From: Desulfuromonadaceae bacterium | Lineage (GTDB): Bacteria > Desulfobacterota > Desulfuromonadia > Geobacterales > Pseudopelobacteraceae | Assembly (NCBI GenBank): GCA_031970375.1 | Contig: DALYIM010000001.1 | Location: 29,003-93,002, forward strand | Reading direction: 5' to 3' | DNA: 64,000 bases | In this document: in pieces, positions 11,513-19,390 of the stretch | How positions within the stretch are numbered: the first letter of the stretch is position 1 | Layout: each line of letters begins with the position of its first letter | Notes under the pieces: model-generated | Seen by the model: the letters and a program-made list of their open reading frames with translations, nothing else | Database searches by the model: none | Told to the model about the DNA's origin: nothing | Made by a program: the position numbers and the translations under genes

Positions 11513-11540
11513 AAAAAAGCCGGGTTATTTCCCGGCTTTT
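11513..11540. terminator. Bidirectional intrinsic terminator (small + ORF / VOC gene)
   Basis: A6 run, stem GCCGGG/CCCGGC (11519-24 / 11531-36), loop ttattt, then T4. The VOC gene stop codon lies in the loop. Confidence 0.65.
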
Positions 11541-11956
11541 GAAAGTCCAGCGGATGATTCGTCAAGGACAACCAGGTAACCGTCCGGATCGAAACACCAC
11601 ATTTCCTTAACGCCATAGGGCTTGATTTCCAGAGGATACAGGATTTCAAGCCCTTCCTCCATTAATGCGTCGCGAATCCCCTCAATGTCGCTCACCTCGA
11701 AATGCAGGGTCATCCCCACTCCGCGCGGGAACATGCTGAAACGGGTTTCGAGCACCGGGTGGGCCCTGATCACATCCTCTTCCTCAACGAACACAAGGGC
11801 AACCTCACCCAGATCGATCATCAGGTGGTCCGGAGCCCCCGGAGCGGTCAGGGATCGCTGGACCGGCAGCTCAAGAATTCCGCCATAAAAGGCTTCAGTA
11901 ACCGCAAGCTGTGCGACCGAAATCTGAATCGAGTGACGGGCACGGCGCGCTTTCAC
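11525..11956 (-). CDS. VOC (glyoxalase/bleomycin-resistance/dioxygenase) family protein
   Basis: 143 aa with a beta-alpha-beta-beta-beta-type pattern (V.D...A..FY...LGL....). The call is generic; overlaps ccdA by 4 nt. Confidence 0.65.
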   Translation of the reverse strand: MKARRARHSIQISVAQLAVTEAFYGGILELPVQRSLTAPGAPDHLMIDLGEVALVFVEEEDVIRAHPVLETRFSMFPRGVGMTLHFEVSDIEGIRDALMEEGLEILYPLEIKPYGVKEMWCFDPDGYLVVLDESSAGLSKAGK

Positions 11957-12684
11957 TCAAGTCCCTTATAGAGAATCGTGGCGTAGCCGGATAAACGGGA
12001 AAGCCAGTTGGAGTAGATCAGGATGCCGATAATCATAAGAAATATTCCGGTAATGATCTCAAACGTCCGAATATGACGTTTGAAACGGTTAAATACATCG
12101 AGAAACTGGTTCATGGCCAGTGAAGAGAGAAAAAACGGGATACCAAGCCCAAGCGAATAGAGCAGGAGCAGCAGGATTCCCTGATAGACCTTTTCCTCAG
12201 TTGCAGCCACCATCAGAATAGCAGCCAGAATCGGCCCGATGCACGGAGTCCAGCCGGTTGCAAAAGCGATCCCGACCAGAAAACTCCCGGCAAAGCCGGC
12301 CGGGCGGTTGCGAATTGATATGCGCTTTTCTCCGAGGAGCAGGCGAATCGGCAGAAGTCCGGCCACATGGGCACCCAGAAGGACCACCAGAATACCGCCG
12401 ATTTTTCTGATCAGGGCCGCATGAGTATGCAGGAAAGAGCCAAGATATGTTGCCGATGCCCCCAGCAGCACAAAAACGGTCGTGAAACCAAGAATAAATG
12501 CCACAGAATGAATCAGTGTCTTGCGGCGGATCAAGTGTGATGGATGCTGATCCTGCAGATCAGCAAAGGAAAGGCCGGTAATATATGTAATATACGACGG
12601 GATCAGCGGCAGTACGCACGGAGAAAGGAAAGAGAGCAGGCCGGCCACGAATGCGCCGAGATATGTAACCTCCGGTGAATGCAC
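11953..12684 (-). CDS. ccdA: Cytochrome c biogenesis thiol-reductant transporter CcdA (DsbD core family)
   Basis: 243 aa, 6 TM. The two conserved Cys motifs are LSPCVLPLIP and WTPCIGPIL. Confidence 0.9.
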   Translation of the reverse strand: MHSPEVTYLGAFVAGLLSFLSPCVLPLIPSYITYITGLSFADLQDQHPSHLIRRKTLIHSVAFILGFTTVFVLLGASATYLGSFLHTHAALIRKIGGILVVLLGAHVAGLLPIRLLLGEKRISIRNRPAGFAGSFLVGIAFATGWTPCIGPILAAILMVAATEEKVYQGILLLLLYSLGLGIPFFLSSLAMNQFLDVFNRFKRHIRTFEIITGIFLMIIGILIYSNWLSRLSGYATILYKGLE

Positions 12685-12696
12685 GGAACGAAACTC

Positions 12697-13233
12697 CTAC
12701 TTCATCAGACCTTCAAGAAACGAAACCGCTTCAGGCGAGTTCCAGTCCATGGGACCGATTACTTTTTTTACCAGAATACCACTTTTATCGATGATAAATG
12801 TCTCGGGAACGCCGGTTATGCCATAGGTCCTGGCAGCACTGTTTTCCTTATCCATGTAGACAGGAAGCGCTGCGGAACCGCTTTCTTTGAGATAGGCCTC
12901 AACCGCCCCAACCCCGCCCTCATCAATCGAGACCGCCAGCATCCGGAAAGGTTTACCAGCCATGGCGCCGGCAAGCTTGATCATTGAGGGGATTTCTTCG
13001 CGACAGGGAGGACACCAGGTCGCCCAGAAGTTCAGAAGGACTACGGTACCTTTCAGGGACGACAGCGAAACAGGGGCACCCTTCAGGTCGGTTACCGTCA
13101 GGTCAGGAGCCGGGCTCTTTTCGATTGCCGCTCCGACCGGCCTGGAAGACGACTTACCACTTTCATTCCTTGTGCAGGCCGATAGCGATAGTGCCATGAT
13201 TACAGCGGTGCATAGCAGAAACACGCGTTTCAT
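12697..13233 (-). CDS. TlpA/ResA-family periplasmic thiol:disulfide oxidoreductase (lipoprotein)
   Basis: 178 aa. Lipobox LSLSAC, thioredoxin motif FWATWCPPCREE, and a GGAGG RBS. Confidence 0.85.
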   Translation of the reverse strand: MKRVFLLCTAVIMALSLSACTRNESGKSSSRPVGAAIEKSPAPDLTVTDLKGAPVSLSSLKGTVVLLNFWATWCPPCREEIPSMIKLAGAMAGKPFRMLAVSIDEGGVGAVEAYLKESGSAALPVYMDKENSAARTYGITGVPETFIIDKSGILVKKVIGPMDWNSPEAVSFLEGLMK

Positions 13234-13281
13234 GGGAAGACCTCCAGACTTGATGGGATTGACACGTGGGGTTGTATGGAA

Positions 13282-14250
13282 TCAGCGATTGCGGGTAACG
13301 ACATAATCAGCCAGCTCGGCCAGGGCAGCCCTGATGTCGGATGCGGCAAACAGTTCCAGATGGGAGAGGCAGGCGTCAATATAACCGCGAGCGGCGGCAA
13401 CCGTATAGTCGATCCCGCCGTACTGGCGGACAAGAGCGGATACGTCACGGAATTCATCGACTGACATCTCATCCTTTGCCACCACGGCTTCGATCCGCTC
13501 ACGTTCATCTGCAGCGCAGTTGCGCAGGGTGTGGATCAGCGGCAGGGTGATTTTCCCCTCTTCCAGATCGTGGCCAATGCTTTTGCCGAACTCCTCTTCA
13601 GTGGCAGTGTAATCAAGCAGGTCATCCATCAGCTGGAACGCAATTCCGAGATCCATGCCGAAATCGGCCAAGGCCCGCTGGCGCGGCTCGTCCACCATCC
13701 CCAGTATGGCCCCGGCCTCACAGGCGGCAGACATAAGAATTGCTGTTTTGGATCTGACAACACCAATATAGCGCTCTTCGGTCAGGTCGATCTCACCGGT
13801 ACAGAGCAACTGCAACACTTCACCTTCGGCAATGATTGTGGTGGCACTGGAAAGTACCCGCAGAATATCGAGACTACCGACCCCGACCATCAGAGAAAAC
13901 GACTTTGAAAACAAAAAATCACCAACCAGCACCGACGCCTCATTGCCCCACAGAGTATTGGCCGAGGCGATCCCGCGACGCAGGGTGGCACTATCAACGA
14001 CATCGTCATGCAACAGCGTGGCGGTGTGGATGAACTCGACAACGCTTGCCAGAGGAACCGCCTGATCACCCTGGTATCCGCACAGGCGCGCGGCAAGAAG
14101 CAAAAGAGCCGGCCTGATCCGTTTTCCGCCACTGGAGAGAACATACTCACCAACCTTGCGGATCAGGGGAACATCAGATTCGAGATCTTTGCGGAACTGC
14201 TGTTCGACACGAACGAGATCGTCGCCGATGATATTCAGTGCGGCCTGCAT
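13282..14250 (-). CDS. ispB: Polyprenyl (octaprenyl/heptaprenyl) diphosphate synthase
   Basis: Track ORF 13282..14739 trimmed to ATG 14250 (MQAALNIIGDDL..). It has the two Asp-rich motifs LLHDDVVDSATLRRG and FQLMDDLLD. The upstream 163 codons overlap the divergent helicase gene and have no family resemblance. Confidence 0.85.
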   Translation of the reverse strand: MQAALNIIGDDLVRVEQQFRKDLESDVPLIRKVGEYVLSSGGKRIRPALLLLAARLCGYQGDQAVPLASVVEFIHTATLLHDDVVDSATLRRGIASANTLWGNEASVLVGDFLFSKSFSLMVGVGSLDILRVLSSATTIIAEGEVLQLLCTGEIDLTEERYIGVVRSKTAILMSAACEAGAILGMVDEPRQRALADFGMDLGIAFQLMDDLLDYTATEEEFGKSIGHDLEEGKITLPLIHTLRNCAADERERIEAVVAKDEMSVDEFRDVSALVRQYGGIDYTVAAARGYIDACLSHLELFAASDIRAALAELADYVVTRNR

Positions 14251-14443
14251 CAGGTGGAATTCCTTGGAGAAATTTTTAGCAATAGTAGGGAATGTCCGGC
14301 TGGTTGTCAAAGCATTTCTGGATTTCCGCCCCTGTAAAAATGCCGTAATGCAAGGTTTACGTTGCCTTGCACGGTCACTGGGTATATGGTACGGCCATTG
14401 ACAATTCAGGGCGCAACCCTCTGTGCATCCAAGGAACTTCTCC

Positions 14444-15805
14444 ATGAAATTTGAAACGTTGCCGCTCCCCCCGCAACTTTTGCAGGGGATCTCCCACGCA
14501 GGCTTCAGTGACTGCACACCGATCCAGGAAAAAACCCTGCCGCTTTCCCTGGCCGGCCGGGATGTCGCCGGACAGGCACAGACCGGCACCGGCAAAACCG
14601 CCGCCTTCCTGATCACGCTGTTTGCCCGCCTGCTCCAGGCCCAGCCGGTTGCACCGGCGGCACGCCCCCGAGCGCTGATACTCGCCCCGACACGGGAGCT
14701 GGTAGTCCAGATTGAGCAGGATGCACAGCTGCTCGGCAAATCATGCGGATTCGTTATCCAGGCAATCTACGGCGGTGTCGATTACATGAAACAGAAAAAT
14801 GCCCTGCGTGACGGTGCCGACCTGGTTATCGGTACGCCGGGGCGCCTGATCGACTATCTGAAACAGAAGGTGTATTCCCTGAAAGGGATCGAAATGCTGG
14901 TTATCGACGAGGCCGACCGAATGTTCGACATGGGCTTCATCGCCGACCTGCGCTTCATTCTGCGCCGCCTGCCTCCCTTCGACAGACGGCAGAACCTGAT
15001 GTTCTCGGCCACCCTCAACCAGCGGGTGATGGAGCTTGCCTATGAATTCATGAACCTGCCTGAAAAAGTCTCGGTTTCCCCGGAGCAGATGACTGCCGAA
15101 CGGGTGGAACAACTGCTCTACCACTGTTCCCGCAAAGAGAAGTTTCCGCTTCTGCTCGGCCTTCTGCGGCGCGAGGGAATGGAGCGCACCATGGTCTTCA
15201 TCAACACCAAGCGCGAGGGGGAATACCTTCATGACCGACTGAATGCCAACGGTTTCCCCTGCCGGATTATTTCCGGGGATGTTGATCAGCGCAAACGGTT
15301 GCGTATCCTGGAGGACTTCAAAGACGGGGCACTGCCGATCCTGATCGCCACTGACGTGGCATCGCGGGGGCTGCACATCGAAGGCGTATCCCATGTCATC
15401 AACTACGATCTGCCACAGGATGCCGAGGACTATGTCCATCGTATCGGCCGCACGGCACGGGCCGGAGCAGCAGGAAAGGCCATCTCGCTGGCCGATGAGG
15501 ACGGAGCATTCTATCTTGAAGCAATTGAGGAGTACATCAAAGGGAAGGTTCCGACCGAATGGGCCGAGGACGACCTGTTCGTGACCGACTATGTGCGCAC
15601 CGCCCGGCCGAAACCGGTAAAACGTGAGGAACACGGCAAAGCGGGTGCCGCAAGGAACGGACGCACCAGCAGCAGAAAACCGGCTGGGCGCCCGGCAAAA
15701 CCGGCCACAGCACCAGCTGCGGCTACCGATGGGGGGGGAGAAGAAGCTGCCCGCAAAAAACGCCGCCGGAGAAGAAAAAAACCTGCCGGGGAGTCAGCGC
15801 AGTAA
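14444..15805 (+). CDS. DEAD-box ATP-dependent RNA helicase
   Basis: Q motif (FSDCTPIQ), AQTGTGKT, DEAD (VIDEADRM), SAT, HRIGRTARAG and an Arg/Lys-rich C-terminal tail. Start taken at ATG 14444 after AAGGAA; the track ORF begins at GTG 14423. Confidence 0.9.
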   Translation: MKFETLPLPPQLLQGISHAGFSDCTPIQEKTLPLSLAGRDVAGQAQTGTGKTAAFLITLFARLLQAQPVAPAARPRALILAPTRELVVQIEQDAQLLGKSCGFVIQAIYGGVDYMKQKNALRDGADLVIGTPGRLIDYLKQKVYSLKGIEMLVIDEADRMFDMGFIADLRFILRRLPPFDRRQNLMFSATLNQRVMELAYEFMNLPEKVSVSPEQMTAERVEQLLYHCSRKEKFPLLLGLLRREGMERTMVFINTKREGEYLHDRLNANGFPCRIISGDVDQRKRLRILEDFKDGALPILIATDVASRGLHIEGVSHVINYDLPQDAEDYVHRIGRTARAGAAGKAISLADEDGAFYLEAIEEYIKGKVPTEWAEDDLFVTDYVRTARPKPVKREEHGKAGAARNGRTSSRKPAGRPAKPATAPAAATDGGGEEAARKKRRRRRKKPAGESAQ

Positions 15806-15825
15806 CAGGCTTTCTACGGACATTT

Positions 15826-16551
15826 TCAGAAACTGTGCGAGCTCTTCATCAGCATGCTTACGCCGAGATAGGTAAAGAGCATTATAAACGCGCCGGCAAT
15901 CGAGAGCCGCGCTGCCCAGCGGTTCCCCGCCGCTCCCTTCAGTCGGATATGCAGCACAACGGCATAAAACAGCCAGAGCACGGAGGTCCACAGCTCTTTC
16001 GGCGTCCAGAGCCAGTAGGTGCCCCAGGCATAATACCCCCAGATTCCTCCCGCAATCATTGACCCCGAAAAAAATGTCCAGCCGGTCAGCGCAGTCTTGT
16101 ACTGCAGATCCATGATCCCGCTCTGTGGCGATACCAGAAAAGCCCCGCCAAGCAGTGCACCGACCGCAAAGAGCGCATAGGCAAGAAACGCCAGGACCAC
16201 ATGAAGCTCAAACCAGAGTGTATCAAGTATCCGTGGGAGCGGCATCATGAGCGGCGGGAAAAAAAGCGCGAAAAGGACCGTAAACCCGGCCAGGAAGCCG
16301 GAAACCACCCGAAACCAGCGGTGATGACGTACTGCGGCTGACTGCGAGACACACGCCGCTGTCACGGCAAGGCAGGCCGCGAAAAACACCAGCGTGTCAT
16401 GGGGGCCCAGCAACGGCAGGCGACCCAGAGAAAAACCGCGCTGCGCCAGATAGCCCAGCTGCAACAAGCAGCCAAGCGCAAGTACTCCCCTTGTCCCACT
16501 CCCGAAAATGCAGCCGGCGGCCGAGACAATCAAGATCCAGGTCATGCTCAC
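15826..16551 (-). CDS. CcsA/CcmC-family (cytochrome c assembly, heme-handling) membrane protein, short form
   Basis: 241 aa and polytopic. The Trp-rich WWD-like segment is GGIWGYYAWGTYWLWTPKELWT. Start is GTG 16551 or ATG 16545; it is coupled to the upstream ORF. Confidence 0.75.
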   Translation of the reverse strand: MSMTWILIVSAAGCIFGSGTRGVLALGCLLQLGYLAQRGFSLGRLPLLGPHDTLVFFAACLAVTAACVSQSAAVRHHRWFRVVSGFLAGFTVLFALFFPPLMMPLPRILDTLWFELHVVLAFLAYALFAVGALLGGAFLVSPQSGIMDLQYKTALTGWTFFSGSMIAGGIWGYYAWGTYWLWTPKELWTSVLWLFYAVVLHIRLKGAAGNRWAARLSIAGAFIMLFTYLGVSMLMKSSHSF

Positions 16552-17393
16552 TGGTTGACAACCGAGCGAATCCGCCGCTCGTCAAGAAACCTGTCCAGCA
16601 GATAAAGCGGGATAATCAGCAGTGTGGCGACAAACAGAATACTGAAAATCTCCACAAGATAACCGGAGACAGAGTGGGGCACCGGTTCACGAATCCAGTT
16701 CACGAAGGAAACAATCTGGTAGATCGGGATAAAGCCCATCAGGCACTTAAGGAGCCGCGATAGAAAAATACGCCCCGCGGTGCGACGCTTCAGAAACATG
16801 ACAGAAACACCCAGGCCGGCTCCGCCGAAAAGCGTTTCAATCCAAGGCATCAGACCGTAATTGAGGAAAACATGCACGGCCGACACATCTTCATCCCGTT
16901 GAGCGGAAAGCTGGGCACGAATATCAGTGCCGTAATAATCCAGAAGTCCCCACAGGCCAAAGGCAAAGCCAACAGAAGCCACAAGCGCCACTCCCCAGCC
17001 GATCATGGTCACCGGCTGCAGTGAATCGATCATATCTGCCATCGGCCGCGTATCGGGCAAAGGCTCGGCTGGCTGGTCATCACGGCTGAATTTTCGTGTC
17101 AAGAGCTCCTGTTCTTTCTGCCGCTGCTGTTCATCCCGTTGACGGGCGACAAACGCTTTAACCGTCACCCCGCATTTTGGGCAGGTTTCAAAACGCTCAT
17201 CCCCGAACGTGCTGAAATAGCAGGCCGGGCAGGTGTCGACCAGATAGGCGTCGCCGGACGGTTTCGGACGGTTCACGGTAAAGCCGTACTTGCAGCGTGG
17301 ACAGTTCAAAAAACGGCCTTCAGCGGGAATTTCATGATCTGGCAGCGTACCGCTGGCATTGCACTGGGGACAGGTTATCTTCATCGGGCTCAT
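16548..17393 (-). CDS. Zinc-ribbon (MJ0042-type CxxC pairs) membrane protein of unknown function
   Basis: 281 aa. Two N-terminal CxxC..CxxC ribbons (CPQC..CPRC; CPAC..CPKC), a charged linker, then about 4 TM helices. Confidence 0.6.
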   Translation of the reverse strand: MSPMKITCPQCNASGTLPDHEIPAEGRFLNCPRCKYGFTVNRPKPSGDAYLVDTCPACYFSTFGDERFETCPKCGVTVKAFVARQRDEQQRQKEQELLTRKFSRDDQPAEPLPDTRPMADMIDSLQPVTMIGWGVALVASVGFAFGLWGLLDYYGTDIRAQLSAQRDEDVSAVHVFLNYGLMPWIETLFGGAGLGVSVMFLKRRTAGRIFLSRLLKCLMGFIPIYQIVSFVNWIREPVPHSVSGYLVEIFSILFVATLLIIPLYLLDRFLDERRIRSVVNQ

Positions 17394-17479
17394 CCTGCAG
17401 TTTTTGAGGCAGTGTAGTAATCACACCGTCAAATGGCAAGAACATTCAGCAGACGGATCCAGAGCGTAACAGGCCCCGT

Positions 17480-17514
17480 ATTGGGCTTGAAATGAAGCCC
17501 AATTATGCTACTAT
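17480..17514 (+). promoter_or_regulatory. Putative sigma70 promoter overlapped by a perfect 9-bp inverted repeat
   Basis: The inverted repeat is ATTGGGCTT (17480-88) / AAGCCCAAT (17495-503) with a 6-nt spacer. The promoter reads TTGAAA (17487-92), a 16 nt spacer, then TACTAT (17509-14), about 40 nt upstream of ATG 17552. Confidence 0.35.
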
Positions 17515-17551
17515 TCACCCACCAAGCACCTGTCGTTTCGAAAGGACAGTC

Positions 17552-19327
17552 ATGTCATTTTCCGGAGATCTTGCTCACCTCCCGATTGTCGATATCATCC
17601 AGCTGCTCCACTCAACCCGGAAAACCGGAACCCTTTTCCTGAAAGGGCCGAAAGGTGAAAGCCAGCTGGTATTCAATGACGGCTATTTTGTTAGCGCCAA
17701 TCACCACAGTAACAAACTCAGAATCGGCCAGATTCTGGTGGAAATGAAGGCGATCACCCCGGAAGAGCTGGAGCGGGCCCTGCAGTTCCAGAAACAGGCA
17801 GGTCCTGAACGGCGCCCCCTGGTGGCCACGCTGATCGAGCAGGGGCTGATTGACCGTGATGATGCCTACAAGGGCCTCGAAACACTTATTGAAATGACGA
17901 TTGTCGAGGTCCTTACCTGGACCAGCGGAACCTTCAACCTGGATGTCACCATGGTTGATGTTTCCGACGAGTACCGCTACTTTCCGGAAACGCTCAAAGA
18001 GGAGATCTACCTGAATGCCCAGAGCATTCTGATGGACGCCCTGAGGATCTATGACGAACGGATGAGGGACGGCACCCTGACGGACCTGTTTTTCGGCCAG
18101 GACGAGGAAAGCGCCCCTCCGGAGGAGCCACCAGCAGCAATTACCGCTGATCTGCTCGGGCTGGACATGCTTGACAGCATGGAAAAGAAAATTCCGGACG
18201 TGTTTATGGGGCTGCGCGACCATGATCCGACCGATGAGCACCGGGTTTTCATCGAACAATATTCACCAGGAATGCCTCCTGAAGACGTGATGAAACTCTC
18301 TAAACATCTTGCTGCCATCTCCAGACACAGCTCCCCTGCCCCCTCCCGCGGCCCGATTCTGCCCGGTACCGCACCGGCAGTCGTCGTCTACAGCCCGGCA
18401 CCCATAATCAGGCATGTTATTGCCACAGCCTGCCGGGCCGATGGGATTTTCGTCGTCACCACCGATGAGGACCCCGGCCTTGACGTAATCATCGAACAAT
18501 CGATCTGCCGTGACAGCTTACCGGTCCTGATTGTCGATGCGACCGGCTGCCTCGGCCAGGATGACTGTGCCGCACGGTTGATCGATATGGTTCGGGCAAA
18601 ACGGGGAGCCTATCCAAGCCTGACAATCCTGCCGCTGGTGCCGCCGCCCGGCGTAGCGGGGCTTTCCCTGCCGATGCTCGAAGCCGGCGTCCGGGCCGTT
18701 TTACCCATGCCGTCAGTTGAACCGGCAGAAGAATTATCCGCCGAAGCCCTGATCTCATCACTGAATGTCCTGAGAGGATACCTGAACACCTCGTTTTCAG
18801 CCCTCGAGCGTCAGTCGATCCGCCGTTTCAGCGAAGCATCGGCCGCCCTCGACAAAGTATCGGAACCGCCCGACGTCGCTCTGGAACTGCTGCAATTTGC
18901 CGCATCGATATTTGACCGCGCCGTGACATTCGTAGTCGGCAAAGGTGAACTTATTGCCGAAAAAGGGATCGGGGTCAAAGGTGGGACAATCGAAACACCG
19001 GCTCCGCCGCTGATGTTCAAGATTCCGCTTGATATTCACTCCATTTTTCAAGACTGTGTTGAGCATGCTAAATTTCATTTCGGGCTCTCGGCTGACACCC
19101 TGCTCTCGACCTGCCTGTACCAGGAGATCGGCGCGCCGCTGAACAGTCGCTTCATGCTTGCGCCGGTGACCTGTTTCGGCACAACAATTGCCATAATTTA
19201 CGGAGATTTTGGAACGTCGGTCTGCCGGCCTGTTCCGACCGAACTGATGGACAGTCTGACGCGCCACGCCGGACTGGTGCTTGACTTTGCCGTATTTCGC
19301 AAGCGGTTTGAAAAACTGTCAAAATAA
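17552..19327 (+). CDS. DUF4388-domain protein with a degenerate receiver-like middle domain and a GAF-like C-terminus
   Basis: Start taken at ATG 17552 (AGGA 5 nt upstream); the track ORF starts at 17492 inside the hairpin. The N-terminus GDLAHLPIVDIIQLLHSTRKTGTLFL..GESQLVFNDGYFVSA is DUF4388-like. The middle region VLIVDATG..AGVRAVLPMP resembles a REC fold but lacks the DD pair and the conserved Lys. Confidence 0.7.
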   Translation: MSFSGDLAHLPIVDIIQLLHSTRKTGTLFLKGPKGESQLVFNDGYFVSANHHSNKLRIGQILVEMKAITPEELERALQFQKQAGPERRPLVATLIEQGLIDRDDAYKGLETLIEMTIVEVLTWTSGTFNLDVTMVDVSDEYRYFPETLKEEIYLNAQSILMDALRIYDERMRDGTLTDLFFGQDEESAPPEEPPAAITADLLGLDMLDSMEKKIPDVFMGLRDHDPTDEHRVFIEQYSPGMPPEDVMKLSKHLAAISRHSSPAPSRGPILPGTAPAVVVYSPAPIIRHVIATACRADGIFVVTTDEDPGLDVIIEQSICRDSLPVLIVDATGCLGQDDCAARLIDMVRAKRGAYPSLTILPLVPPPGVAGLSLPMLEAGVRAVLPMPSVEPAEELSAEALISSLNVLRGYLNTSFSALERQSIRRFSEASAALDKVSEPPDVALELLQFAASIFDRAVTFVVGKGELIAEKGIGVKGGTIETPAPPLMFKIPLDIHSIFQDCVEHAKFHFGLSADTLLSTCLYQEIGAPLNSRFMLAPVTCFGTTIAIIYGDFGTSVCRPVPTELMDSLTRHAGLVLDFAVFRKRFEKLSK

Positions 19328-19330
19328 GAA

Positions 19331-19355
19331 AGCCCCACGCACAACGTATGGGGCT
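19331..19355 (+). other. Intercistronic hairpin between the DUF4388 gene and pilT
   Basis: Stem AGCCCCA / TGGGGCT with an 11-nt loop and no U-tract; possibly an RNA processing or stability element. Confidence 0.3.
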
Positions 19356-19390
19356 CAAACATTAACCAATTACCTTCACAAGGATACGCC

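Noticed and set aside
14251-14739. 163-codon N-terminal extension of the ispB ORF (track ORF 13282..14739)
   Set aside because: The extension overlaps the divergent DEAD-box helicase gene and its promoter region, is Cys/Arg/Ser-rich nonsense, and the polyprenyl synthase homology starts at M164, which has its own RBS. Analogous upstream extensions were trimmed for acnB (24464..24601), the FeS subunit (32701..32904), osmC, pyrE (41122..41259), glnD, purL and the TPR protein.
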